This document shows positions 35,255-51,268 of a DNA stretch of 64,000 nucleotides, piece by piece. Source of the DNA: Eledone cirrhosa (Eukaryota); assembly GCA_964016885.1 (NCBI GenBank), contig CAXHJY010000567.1, positions 1 through 64,000 on the forward strand, written 5' to 3'. The position numbers were made by a program, and so were the translations under genes. Under the pieces are notes generated by a model. It saw nothing but the letters and a program-made list of their open reading frames with translations. It was not told where the DNA came from and did no database searches. Positions within the stretch are counted from its first letter, which is position 1. Each line of letters starts with the position of its first letter.

Positions 35255-36200
35255 TATTGGCAGTCATGTTAGAACGTCGGCGAGAAGGAACCGGCCCTGT
35301 GCACTCTGAGTTCTAGTCCCATTCGGCCAATTTTGCCTTTGATTATTTCGAGGTTGATTGGCAGAGCGTCAGACACTATGCTTTCCTGCATAGTTACGTC
35401 CCTTTACGTTCTGAGTTCAAATCCCGCCGAGGTTAACTTTGCCTTTAATCCTTACGGGGTCGATGAAATAAAGTACTAGTCACACACTGGGGTCGATCTA
35501 ATCGACTTTCCCCCTCCCTCCATATTACTGGCCTTGTGCCTATATAAGAAACCATTATTTCGAGGTTGGTTGGCAGAGCGTCAGACACTATGCTTTCCTG
35601 CATAGTTACGTCCCTTTACGTTCTGAGTTCAAATCCCGCCGAGGTTAACTTTGCCTTTAATCCTTACGGGGTCGATAAAATAAAGTACTAGTCACACACT
35701 GGAGTCGATCTAATCGACTTTCCCCCTCCCTCCAAATTACTGGCCTTGTGCCTATATAACAAACCATTATTTCGAGGTTGGTTGGCAGTATCGTTGGACA
35801 CCATTTTGTGCAGCATGGATATACGGCTCTTTGTTCTGCGTTTAAATCCCGCCGAGTTTAGCTTTAACTTTCATCTTCACGGAGTCGATAAAATAAAGCA
35901 CCAGTGATACACTGGCGTCGATTTAATAGACTTTCCCCTCCACTAAAACATGTTGGCCTTGTGCCTCAGACATTATGCTTTCCAGCATAGTCACAGCTCT
36001 CTACGTTCTGAGTTCAAATCCCGCCGTGGTTAGCTTAGACTTTCATCCTTACGGGTGTCGATAGAATAAAGTACCAGTAACACACTAGGCTCGATTTGAA
36101 CGACTTTCCCCTCTCACAAAATCGCTAGCCTTGTGCCTAGAGTATAAATCATTATTTCCAAGTTCATAAATAAAGTTCCAATTTAGTAATGGGGGTGATC
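35255..36200 (+). mobile_element. Nested SINE array: four younger copies inside an older SINE
   Basis: Two near-identical units (~35341-35773) plus two diverged units. ATTATTTCGAGGTTG-like junction repeated. Confidence 0.85.
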
Positions 36201-36654
36201 CGTCCTCTATATCTCTTTTTCACTTCCTTTTATTCACTGGAACAGATCTGCGGTGATCAGACCTGGAGACGAGATGGGATCCACTCGGGTTTTATAATGA
36301 CCTATGATGGCCTAAAACCGCTATATTTCAATATAGCGTCCCTAAGGCTCCCTCGGGAGGTCCGGATCCATGCCTATATACATATATTTTGTATTTGAGT
36401 CGAAGGATTAGGCGGTCTCTTTAGACCCTTTGCTAGAAGATTCCGGATCTCTGCACTCTGGGTTCTAATTCCATAGAGAGCGATTTTGTCTTTTATCATT
36501 TAAGGTCGAAAAATTAGTACCAGTCATATGCTTGAATTGATTCTTCGATATGACATTTCAGGCGTTTCGTTTGCGCAGTGGTCATTTTTTGTTGGTGGTT
36601 TTTATTATCGTCAACTGGCAGCTTGAACTAGTTTCCTTTGATCAATACACATGG

Positions 36655-36698
<44 letters not shown>

Positions 36699-36701
<3 letters not shown>

Positions 36702-36970
36702 GAAGTTCTATTTAAATTGTTGGGATACAACAAGCAAATATTTTTATAACTGATATAAAGCACTCAACAAATTATTGGAGTAAAAATACGATATATTAAC
36801 AAATGGAAACGATATTTATGAAAGCATTTTTGTCAATATTTATTTATAAAACTGCTCTATATTATATTTTATCTGATGAAAGCACATCATAAGTTAACTT
36901 GGTGTCCTTGAAATATGTATAATGAAATAAATATGGTTTTATAAATATAGTTTCCATTTGTTAATATATC

Positions 36971-36972
<2 letters not shown>
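36699..36972 (+). mobile_element. Short Penelope-like element, family C, with inverted partial pLTR
   Basis: Inverted repeat ~36787-36827 / 36933-36972 around a hammerhead. TA tracts on both sides. Confidence 0.7.
36865..36929 (+). ncRNA. Type I minimal hammerhead ribozyme (intact core)
   Basis: TATTTTAT-CTGATGA-stem II-GAAA-TATGTA-TA-ATGAAATA. Confidence 0.75.
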
Positions 36973-37013
<41 letters not shown>

Positions 37014-37065
37014 CATATTTACATGCGTCTGTTTGTGTATGTGTTATTGTATATATATATATATC

Positions 37066-37705
37066 AGTTCGTAATTTGAAAAGATCCTTCGGACGAGAGT
37101 CCTTCTTTTCTATGGATGTCCGTAAGGACTATCCATTTATTTTTGAGACTTGAAACCGTACAGTAAAGGTAACTATAGCAGCTACAGTGAATTTTTTAAA
37201 ATTTATTTTAAAACATTTTCTTATTTGCTAAACCTTGATTATATATGTTTTTCTCGTTAATTTATTTACATGCCATAGAACCACATTGGCATATGGTTGG
37301 ATAATACATGTGTCCCTATATGTATTTTGCATGTAGAGATATATCCTTTATTATTAATCTCCCCTGGCCGAGATAACATTTTGGTCATTTTGACTGATGC
37401 TATTTCTAGTGGCAGTGAATTGACCTTTCCGCCTCTGCCTTCTATCTTTGCACACGGCACTGGACAGAATTGCTTCTATATCATCCGCTCTCATCTCGGG
37501 AACAATTTTGAATAGGGCCAGTTCGTAATTTGAACTCGGGAATTTTATATTATCCGAGTGAAAAGATCCTTCTGACGAGAGTCTTTCTTTTCTATGGATG
37601 TCCGTAAGGACTATCCATTTAATTTTGAGACTTGAAACCGTACGGTAAACGTAACTATTTAAAATTTATTTTAAAACTTTTTCTTATTTTCTAAACCTTG
37701 ATTAT
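37066..37705 (-). mobile_element. Probable L1/Tx1-type ORF1 relic with local duplication (37066-37245 similar to 37519-37705)
   Basis: Minus frames WIVLTDIHRKERLSSEG...KIVPEMRADDIEAILS / KIEGRGGKVNSLPLEIAS...IHIG resemble ORF1 RRM regions. Frameshifted. Confidence 0.4.
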
Positions 37706-37778
37706 ATATATATATACACATATAGATATTAAAAATATATATATAGAGAGAGAGATATTAATATATATATATATATAT

Positions 37779-38818
37779 GTAGAAGTTGTATTTAATTTGT
37801 TGGAATTCCGACAAACATAAATGTTTATAACTGATATAGAATACTCAACAGTTTACTGGAGTAAATATTTATTTCCTGAAATTTTTTAAAGAATCTTTTC
37901 CAGAATTTTTTCCAGAACTTTTAATATTTTTATATTTTGTAATATTTTTTAAATATTTTTCATACTTTTGACATTTTTTAATTATTTAATATTAGTGTTA
38001 TGACCAATAACTAATTCTGGCTAAATATATCTTTCAACATTTATATCTTCGTCAAAATGGTCTCATACTAACTAATAAATAAACAAATCTGTGCTTTTCA
38101 ATATCTTCCCAATTTAAAACATTGAAGACATATAAATAATCTTATTAACTCAGTTAATTTAATATAAACCAGTATCCCCCATAAGTTATTAAAACAATTA
38201 TCTATAACATGATATACCCATTCATATATCTATTCTTCTATCTATATTTTTGTATCTATTGATTCTCCTACTTTACATCTATTTTCAATTTATTTTCCAA
38301 TACATCTTTATATATATTTATTTTTTCTATATATCTATTTTTTCTATATATTTATAATAGTAAATATTATATTGTATTATATTAGAATTCTAACAATAAT
38401 TAGTAAATATACGTAACATTAATATAAACTTCAGACTTATTTACGTTACACGAGTTCATCCTCTGATAAATTTCTTTTTTCTCTCTATCTATCTCATAAC
38501 TTTAATTTTTTCTCTTTTCTCTCTCTCTTTCTTTTCTTTCTTCCCTATCTTACAGTGTAATTTAAATAAAAGGTTGTTTTTTCAAATTTTCATACATTTG
38601 TTTGCATATTCACACATAATTTTGAATTACCCCTAATAAGTTTCCAGTATCCAGCGAAATTCCGACCGTTATGGTTGATTCCCATGGGTATGTCGTTATT
38701 TATAAAACAAATCTTGTATTTTATCTGATGAAAGCGCACCAAGTTTGGGTTGGTCGCCTTTGAAATATATATAATAAAATAAATATGGTTTTATAGTTTC
38801 CATTTATTAATATCTTGG
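37779..38818 (+). mobile_element. Decayed Penelope-like element, family C (GIY-YIG C-terminal remnant, T-rich UTR, hammerhead)
   Basis: Inverted terminal piece at 37779. Peptide remnants LAKYIFQ, VKWS, NLC, NLINS and PHK across frameshifts at ~38017-38185. Hammerhead at 38717. Confidence 0.6.
38717..38781 (+). ncRNA. Type I minimal hammerhead ribozyme (intact core)
   Basis: TATTTTAT-CTGATGA-AAGCGCACCAA gtttggg TTGGTCGCCTTT-GAAA-TATATA-TA-ATAAAATA. Perfect 8-bp stem I. Confidence 0.85.
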
Positions 38819-38895
38819 TATATATATATATATATATATATAGATAGATATTAAAAAAAATATATAAATATATATATATATATAGTATGTATTTA

Positions 38896-39091
<196 letters not shown>

Positions 39092-39433
39092 AATACATAT
39101 ATATATATATTACCAGGTGTACGTATCAAAGTAAGTTAAACACTGTAGTTTAAGCCAACACCAGTAGCAACAACAACAATGACGAGAACGAAACGCCTGC
39201 AATATAATCGCACCTCAGACTGGTGATGTGGTATCTTCAATAAATGCTAAGTTCAGCAAAATCGTTTATACTATATTTTATTTAAAACAGAGTAAACACT
39301 CTCCCAGCTGTGTTAAAGAACATTTAAATAGAAACGTAATATATATTGAAACATGTGAGCCTGACTTCTTATATGTAAATCGTTTGTACTTTTTTTTTCT
39401 CATTCTCTGACGCATGTACATATATAAATACAA

Positions 39434-39471
<38 letters not shown>

Positions 39472-39674
39472 GTATGTATATATACTTGCGTATGTATATA
39501 TATATATATATATATTTATATCATTATGTATATACATGCATACATACACGCATATTTATATTCATATATATATGTCCGTGTGAGCATATATTTATATATA
39601 TGTGTGTGTTCGTGTATGTATGTATATATATATATATATTTTTTTTTTTCATATATATATATATAATATTCTTT

Positions 39675-39714
<40 letters not shown>

Positions 39715-40050
39715 TAAACAGACAGATAGTTAGATATATAGATAAGTTTTTTTTCTCATTTCATACATGAAAGCGGATACTTAATCTTACATTCTTTAGT
39801 TCCTTTAATCTTTTATTCTTCATAGAGAAGAATAGCGTCCAGTGGACTCCACACAACAGTATCAGTGTGAAGCAGGAAATGAATAATAATACACCACAGA
39901 GTTACAGACATGTCTGTTATAACTCTTCAGGATTCTGAAATTAAAAAAAATAATGCATCTTCATAAACAAAAGCACTTCGCTGAAGTATGAATAGAAATT
40001 GAAAATATCATATAACTAGTTAATATGTATGTATGTATGTATGATATACC

Positions 40051-40778
40051 TATAGAGGTATATCATTGCTTTCTGTCGTAGGGAAAGTTTTATGTAGGGT
40101 GCTTCTGGACCGTGTGCTGACACACATTGAAGATTGTGTTCTTCCTGAAAGTCAATCTGGTTTTCGTGCTGGACGCGGCACTACTGATATGATCTTCTCA
40201 GCTAGACAGCTCCGGGAGAAGTGCATGGAACAAGGTTTGGATCTGTATCAGGTTTTTGTAGATCTAACAAAAGCTTTCGATACTGTTAACAGAAATGCAT
40301 TATGGAAGGTTCTCCAGAAACTTGGTTGCCCTGATAAGTTCCTTGCTTTAGTTAGGTTTTTCCATGACGACATGAAGGCTTGGGTTAATGTCGGATGTAA
40401 CAAGTCGGAGCCTATCTCAGTAAAAATTGGCGTGAAACAGGGGGATATTCCAGCACCGACCCTGTTTGCCATATACTTTGCAACGGTTTTCTTTATTGCA
40501 TTCAGGAATTGCGAGCCTGGTGTTTACATCCGATATCGAATCTCAGGCAGCATATTTAACATCAGGCGCTTTGCTGCAAAGACAGAAGTATTTACATCAA
40601 TCATAAAGACCTCTTTTATGCAGATGATTGCGATCTTGTAGCGCACACAGAGAGTGATATGCAGCACATTTTGAATGCATTTTCTGACGCTTGCAGTGCC
40701 CTAGGATTGACTGTCAGTCTCAAGAAAACCGTCCTCATGTACCAACCTGCCCCTGGTAAGCAGTACAGTGAACCAAAT
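40051..40778 (+). pseudogene. RTE-clade LINE reverse transcriptase fragment (frameshift near 40605)
   Basis: YRGISLLSVVGK, ESQSGFRAGRGTTD, FVDLTKAFDTV and GVKQG motifs, then LFYADDCDL...GLTVSLKKT in the shifted frame. Flanked by (TATG)n. Confidence 0.93.
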
Positions 40779-41056
40779 GCATGTATGTATGTATGCATGT
40801 ATGAACGTGGTTGGTTGGTTGGGTGGGTGTGTGGGTGTGTCTGTGTGTGAGTGTGTGTGTATGAATGCAAGTACGTGTGTGTGTATGTACGTATGTATGT
40901 ATGTATGTGTGGGCTAATAGAATTTAATGGTGTCGTAGAGGTGGTGTCATGATATACGGCGTCACTTGTCCTCTTTAAACAAAGCGGAAGCCACCCCTCT
41001 TAAATTTAAACAGTCAACTTCTTCCAGTAATTTTAGAAATAGAGAGAAAGAGAGTG

Positions 41057-41117
<61 letters not shown>

Positions 41118-41141
41118 AGGAAGAGGAATAAATATAGAAAG

Positions 41142-41270
41142 ATAATTGTTTCTACGTTTGGCACAAGGCCAGCAATTACCCAGTGCATTACTGGTACTTT
41201 ATTTTATCGACCCCGTAAGGATGAAAGGCAAAGTTAACCTCGACGGGATTTGAACTCAGATCGTAAAGGG
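41142..41270 (-). mobile_element. 5'-truncated SINE (main family)
   Basis: SINE consensus through B box. Confidence 0.85.
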
Positions 41271-41640
41271 AGAAAGATAATGGGAGAAAGGAAGAATTGA
41301 CTCAAAGAATGGATGGGTACTTCTTTAATCGACCTCGATGTATATTAACTCCGGAGGTGCATAATGCAGTTAAGTTGCATATTTATACAAATAATAAAAT
41401 GGGGAAGAACAATTATTAGGTTTTACATACATATTTATAGAAGAGAGTTTATGTCTCTGTACGTGGTTGGCCTTCGTTCTCCGTTACTTGGCTATATATA
41501 TATACACACCAGTGTTTACTGGTATATATATATATATATATATATAACAAAATAAGATGTTCCGGTTACGTAAATCGTTTTTACCGAAAGAATCTCTTCG
41601 CAACATATTCTCTCTCTCTCTCTATATATATATATATAGT

Positions 41641-41857
41641 TTTAATATAGATGAGATTCTACAGGACTAGAACTGTTACATTCTTGAGAAATCATCAGGA
41701 ATCTCTGGTGATTCCTTAGAGATTCCTTATGATTTCTCAAGAATGAAACACTTCTAGTCCTGTAGAATCTCATCTATATTAAAAATGTTATACTCTGCTA
41801 TGTATTGAGTACCTTACTTTCTGTGGTTACCTCCGATTCAACCCGGAATAACTTACC
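41641..41857 (+). mobile_element. Penelope-like fold-back element, family B, with two inverted hammerheads
   Basis: 66-bp arms 41641-41706 / 41718-41783. Consensus GAGATTC-CTGATGA-TTTCTCAAGAAT-GAAACAG...CTGTA-GAATCTC. Tail matches 63867-63930. Confidence 0.75.
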
Positions 41858-42329
41858 TATATATATATATATTAAAGCGTAGAATTAGACTAGACCACCA
41901 GTAGACAACTGATGAGGAAAACTAAACCTCCCCCGTTCTTTCTTTCTTTCTTCTTATTCTCACTCCATTTTAAGATACCTTAAATAGCAACTACACGGTC
42001 ATTTCTTATCTCCATATATTTTATATATATATATATATTTCTTTATTACCGCTAAATATATACAACAGAGGCAACACTCCTTCATAGATTTGCCTAAATA
42101 CGGGATTTCATAAATTTTGCTAATCGCCAGTATGATATTCATATTCCCTGACAATGAAGATATTATTAGCAAGATGGCGGCGGCAGAATTTAATAATACA
42201 TCGCTTGAATCATTAACGTAATGTACCGAAATCAAAAGGTAGAATGGTGCAGAGCCGAGACACTCACGAAAATCGCACATTTCATTATTTTCATTAAGTT
42301 TGGATTATGTGTGTGTGTGTATATCTGTG

Positions 42330-42485
42330 TATATATACACATAAATATATATATATATATAGATGCATATATATGTATATATATATATGTATATATATGC
42401 ATATATATATATGTATATATTTATATATATGTATATATGTATATATATATATGTATATATATGTATATATATGTATATATATATT

Positions 42486-42519
<34 letters not shown>

Positions 42520-42735
42520 TATTTATATACACATATATATATGTATATACACATATATATATATAGACATATATATACACTATATATCTACATATAAATA
42601 TACACACACTATATATATAAATATATATATATATATTCAAATATATATATATATACAAACACACCCACACACACACACACCTACACAGACACCCACACGA
42701 ACACATACACACACATATATATATGCATATGTATG

Positions 42736-42804
<69 letters not shown>

Positions 42805-42856
42805 CATACATATGTATGTATATATATGTATATATATATATATATACATACATATG

Positions 42857-42895
<39 letters not shown>

Positions 42896-42902
42896 TATAT
42901 AT
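42330..42902. repeat. (TA)n/(CA)n microsatellite
   Basis: Directly visible. Confidence 0.95.
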
Positions 42903-43376
42903 AAAATCTGTGTTCCCAAATTTGCTTTGACAATTAAATGTAGTAAAGCGAGATAAACTGTACTATGAAGAGGGAGGTTTCAGGTAGGATTGAAGGCGGC
43001 GATTCCAATGGTTCAGTTAATTTTTATGGTTGTTCGCCATCTTTAATCCTATAAAGGTTCATTATTCGATTAATTTCTCCGTGATGTAAGAATTTAATCA
43101 ACTCTAATACGTAAGGATCGATAGTTTTCAATTCAACGTTCGCCTGTCATCAGAAACATTAGCAAGCTGTGGCTTAGGCGCTGCCACTCATTATCAGAGT
43201 TTTCTGAAGAGATAGGCTAGCTGGCGAAGCTAAATAAATAACTGTGAAACGGCTTAGCTACGCAATTAATATTATTTGAAAAGGTGATGACCGCCATCAC
43301 AAACTCTAGTTTTAATTTGAGACCATTAGGCAAATTCCGAAATACCGAGATGTATTTAATAGCGAAGAGAAGATTT

Positions 43377-44180
43377 GCTGCTGTTGTTGATTCTGTTGTT
43401 GTTGTTCTCGTTGTTGTTGCTCTCGTTGTTGTTGTTTTTGTTGTTGTTGTAGTCGTAGATATTCTCGTTTTTATTTCTATAGTTTTTATTGTTGTCGCTG
43501 TTGTTGTTGTTGCTTTTGTTGTTGTAATCTTTGATTTCCTTGTTCTTATATCTTTAGTTGTTGTTGTAGTCGTAGATATTCTCGTTTTTATTCCTATAGT
43601 TTGTTGCTGTTGTTGTTGCTGTTGTTGTTGCTTTTGTTGTTGTAATCTTTGATTTCCTTGTTCTTATATCTTTAGTTGTTGTTGTAGTCGTAGATATTCT
43701 CGTTTTTATTTCTATAGTTTGTTGCTGTTGTTGTTGCTTTTGTTGTTGTAATCTTTGATTTCCTTGTTCTTATATCTCTAGTTGTTGTTGTTGCTTTTGT
43801 TGTTCTAATCTTTGATTTCCTTGTTTTTTTATTTCTATAGTTGTTACTATTGTTTTGTTGCTGTTGCTATTGTTGTTGTTGTTGTCATTTCTATCGCTGT
43901 TGTTGTTGTTGTTGCTATTGTGTTTGTTGTTGATAGTGAGGTTGTTGCGACTGTTGATGTTAATGTCGTTTCTATTGTAGTTAATTCTACTGTTGTTGTT
44001 GCTGTTGTTGTTGTCGGTAGTTGGGGTGTTAGTGCAGTTCCTGTTGTTGTTGTTTGTGCTGCTGCTCTTGTTGTTGATGTTGCTGTTGCTTTTGTTGTTG
44101 TTGTTGTTATAGGTGTTGGTACTGCTGTTGATGTTGTTGCTGTTGTTGTTGGTGGTGTTGCTGTTGTTGTTGTTGTTTGT
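43377..44180. repeat. Degenerate (TTG)n tract with ~110-bp higher-order repeats
   Basis: GTAGTCGTAGATATTCTCGTTTTTATT recurs three times. Confidence 0.9.
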
Positions 44181-45567
44181 TTAACAGTTTGTCAACCTTA
44201 ATCAGCCAGACAGATCGATTATCAAAGACATTCACTTCTTTTTAACCGCGCTGTTATACAACTATATTATCTATTGTCTGTTTCTCTATCTGGAAGGCAG
44301 TTTGGGAATAATTCGAAATTAATTTACATACTGTTTTTAGCAAATCGAGCGACGACATAGAACCCTTACATTTTACAAATTAAATTACTGCTGTTCGTGG
44401 TGTTTCTTTCACGTTTGATCAACCAGGAACATGCAAACCTATGATCAACCACACATTACTAGTTAATTACTAGTTAGAATACTCGTTGTTAAGGTAGACT
44501 CTCTAGGATTACGTTATCTAACGTGTATTTACGTTCAGCTTTGTTAACTCTAGTAAGGGTTAGATTTGAAGATCATTTAGCTAATGGTTTTAGCATGTCC
44601 AGCGAAAATATTGAGCGTCCATTGTGTGTTCAAAGGCGAAACAATGCCGTCCCTGTTGCTGTTATTGTGTTTAACATTTAGTCAAGCTGCAGCGAATGCA
44701 CATTTGTTTAAATGCATTCTAGCAGTAAATACCACGTCCTTTAAAGATAGTCAAGGACCACATTATCATATGCCGGTGTTTCTATATGATCAGCATAAGC
44801 AATTTGTTATCAATTAAGCTAATTACGATCCATTTCAAGCAATGTCGCATCTTCCGCAACAAAAGGTCTACCTGACCTTGGTTTGTATCCCAAGCTGGTG
44901 TCATCTATATTGAAACCTTTCAGATAGTTTCATACCAAACATTCGATAAACGTTCGAAACACTTCTTCATAATCAATTTCCTTTGCCGGTGCATATGCAC
45001 GCATTCGTTATCTTTCCACAGTAAGAGTATCATGACTCTAATTGCAATTTATATATCATTCATTATCTAAGCTGTAAAAATAACAAAGAAACAATTAATG
45101 TGTATATGGTATAAATGAAAATAAGAAATATACAATTCAGTAATGATTGGAAAACAATTTGTATCAAATTAAAGATATAATATGGAAACACGATTTGCCA
45201 AATACCATCAGTGAAAATCCGAAAGATATTTTTTGGCTAAATCTGGTATAAGTATTTAAATATATACAAAGTGATACATAAGGGGTTAATTAATTTAATG
45301 TTAAGAAATGTGAATAATAACATAAGCCACATTGATATTAAAGTTTATTTAAAACGTAATAAGTGGCCAATTGATGTATGTTTATATATAGCTACACAAC
45401 AATAAGTGTGTTATTAAAGTAGATATGCCTTTGTTATGTTTCTTTATAATCAGAAAACTAATTATTATGGCAAATTTATATACATACATACTTATATATA
45501 TACATATATATACATATATATACATACATATATATATACATGTATATACATATATATATACATATAC

Positions 45568-45602
<35 letters not shown>

Positions 45603-46046
45603 TTGCATACGTAGATAGATCGATAGAGAAACACATAGACATATACGCACATACATAACACATACATTCATACATACGTACACACATAAGTATACAACTT
45701 GAGGAAAGAAAAGAAAAGAAAAAAAAGGAAGTAAGCCATAAATTAAATAATAATATTTGCAACATATAATTAATGATAAAAATACTGATAGTTTAAATCA
45801 CGGTGCAATTATGAGTAATATATAATAATGTCTAAAACTTAATTAATAACAATCAATTAATAATAAAAATCACAATAGAAATAAGATGAGAAATAAGGAA
45901 AGAAAAATAGGCAAAATTTAAAAATAAGTTACAGCTGGTTGTAGGATAATATATAGCAGGTTGAGGAAATTGGTTATGAAACATAATTAATAATATCTAT
46001 GCAATTGAGAAGATAATAAACATATAGCTATTGTTAGGTTGTTGGC

Positions 46047-47210
<1,164 letters not shown>

Positions 47211-47492
47211 TGTTGTGTTTGATATCTATTAGAGAGAGAATTTCGATTCTAAATTAGAGTGGTATAAATCACCACTATATGTCACTAGATGAATGCATTT
47301 AGGCATTGCAGTCTGGAACTGATGCCAATATCTCGATTTGATGGTTTTGTTGGCGTCAGCCCAAATCTGATTTTTATATCGTTTCTCTACACTCTGTAAA
47401 TGCATGGATACATAAATGTGTAATATATATATATATATATATATATACCCACTCCCCCCCCCCACATATATATATATACATCCACTCACTCA

Positions 47493-47547
<55 letters not shown>

Positions 47548-48393
47548 AGTTTATATGCATACATGTACGCATGCATAGTGAGATACACTTTCAAACATAA
47601 CCCTATGCTATGCATATACTTATATATACACACCCACACGCACACACACACTTCCAGATATATATATATATATATATATATACATAAATATGTATGTTAT
47701 AGATGTATTTATGTATATAGCACTATATACATTGCTATTATACAAGAATACACGGTACATAAATCTAAAGGGGTATGAAGTTTATATTCATTACAACATA
47801 TATAGTTGTGTGTGTGAGAGAGCGTATGATTGAGTGTGTGCCTGTGTGTATGAGGGACAGTAAGTGAGAGTGTGTAAGCGTATGTGTGACTGTGAGTGAG
47901 TGAGAGAGAGACAGAGAGAGGTACCGTTTGATTGAGTATGTGTTTGAGTGTGTGTTGGTGGGTGTCAGTGATTGGGGTTGTATATGTCTGTATATAACTA
48001 TGAATGTATATATATTATGGTACATTTTATCAACTTTAATGACACAGACATTTCCATGTGTTAAAGAGGTTTCCTGCTTAGTAACCACCGGATTCCTGTT
48101 TCGTCTCCATCGCGGTATGCAGAATCAACGTTTTTAGAAAGCCTTATATCAGAGATACTCGAAATTTTGGTGAGACCTCCTTCCAGGCAGATAGTAAATA
48201 ATATATAATAGAGAGAATCGTTAATTTATATATAATAAATAGTATAATTCAGAGGTTCTTAAGTGCTTTGGGCCTCTGTCCTTCTCACGGCCACATAATA
48301 GCCTCTGTTCCAGCCCCCTCCACTCTATTTCCACAGAGACCTACTTACACGCAAATTGTAAATGATATTTAACAAAGAAAATTATTTTTCATA

Positions 48394-48579
48394 TAATTGT
48401 TTCTAATTTTGGCCCAAGACCAGCAATTACCCAGTGTATTACTGGTACTTTATTTTATCGACCACGTAAGGATGAAAGGCAAAGTTAACCTCGGCGGGAT
48501 TTGAACTCAAAATGGAAAGGGCCGTAAGTCTTTGCGTCAAAGCAAGGCGTCCGACCCTCTACTGATACTGACAATCCAA
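48394..48579 (-). mobile_element. SINE (main family)
   Basis: Full consensus, reverse orientation. Confidence 0.85.
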
Positions 48580-48722
48580 TAAATATGATCGTTCATTTAT
48601 ATAAAATAAAATCCAGATATAATATAATATAATCCAGAGGTTCTGCCTTTACACGTGGTTTTACACTCTGCTTTGGTCCATCGGGGTGTATGATCCACTA
48701 AAGAAACAACAATGGCTAATCA

Positions 48723-48904
48723 TTAAAACCTTTAGCATTTAAACCGGCCATATCCGCCCAAAATTCTCTCACCTCCTTCCATTAAAACCATCTATAACCG
48801 CTGCTCATAATTATGTTAAGATAAAGAAATACATTATGTGAGATAAAGAGTTTAACGTGAAAATGCAATAGAAAATATGAAGTAATATAAATGTTACAGG
48901 GTTA
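48723..48904. mobile_element. Degenerate piggyBac-like (TTAA) MITE
   Basis: TTAAAACCTTTAGCATTTA ... TAAATGTTACAGGGTTAA imperfect TIRs. Similar GGGTTAA ends near 45288 and 54916. Confidence 0.5.
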
Positions 48905-49174
48905 AGGTATGAGCATTAAAAACCTGTATTTGCAATAAAAATGGCAGGCGAAATTGTTTTCAAAATCACGCCATATCGTTTGTAAATAGACCACCACAAA
49001 TAATACTGTATTTAAAGTTAACTCGAAAATGACGGGCATATGGTCAACTCTGGTTTAACTGTGCGTCTAAATAGCTGAAACAAGATTAACAACGTGTTTA
49101 TAATATGTTGTATTTGACCCTTATATGATAACGTCTGGAATTATATCGGACATGCGACGCCTAAAATATCAGGC

Positions 49175-50400
<1,226 letters not shown>

Positions 50401-50733
50401 TGTGTTTAGAAATGTATAAGTAAGTGCCGTTCTAAGAGTGAGAAATGAAATTTCGTTTTCATTTTATTTCAACTTATATATATTTAAATATATATATATA
50501 TATATTTATATTTAAATATATATATATATATAAATATTTAAATATGTATATAAATATATATATATTTATTTTGATTTTAAAACTTCACTGTTCACAAGTG
50601 TGTTTTAACCTTCATATCATGTCTCCCTTTTTTATATGATGAGAACGCAGATATCATCCCATGATTATATTTGTTATTGAAATGCGCATAATAAAATACT
50701 TGGAACTCTTTTAACCATCATTTGATCTTATGT

Positions 50734-50772
<39 letters not shown>

Positions 50773-50775
50773 GTA

Positions 50776-50814
<39 letters not shown>

Positions 50815-50817
50815 GTA

Positions 50818-50855
<38 letters not shown>

Positions 50856-51126
50856 CATATACGAAGAGTTTACGTTTAATAAACGAGTCTCTTGCTATGA
50901 ACATATTAAGTTGTGATCACGTCACATTTAACATCACTTACCTGTGAGAATGTCAGACGTGTGATTCTGGATTTTCATATATATATATAACGACATATGC
51001 ACGTACGGTTCATGTACACACACCCACACTCTCACACACACACACTCTCACACACACACACACTCTCACACACTCTCACACACTCACACGTACGCACACA
51101 CACACACATACACACACATTGACATA

Positions 51127-51268
<142 letters not shown>

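Noticed and set aside
41909-41935. CTGATGA hammerhead core
   Set aside because: No GAAA or stems follow. The same applies to isolated CTGANGA at ~4617(-), 16995, 29687, 43146(-) and 43204.
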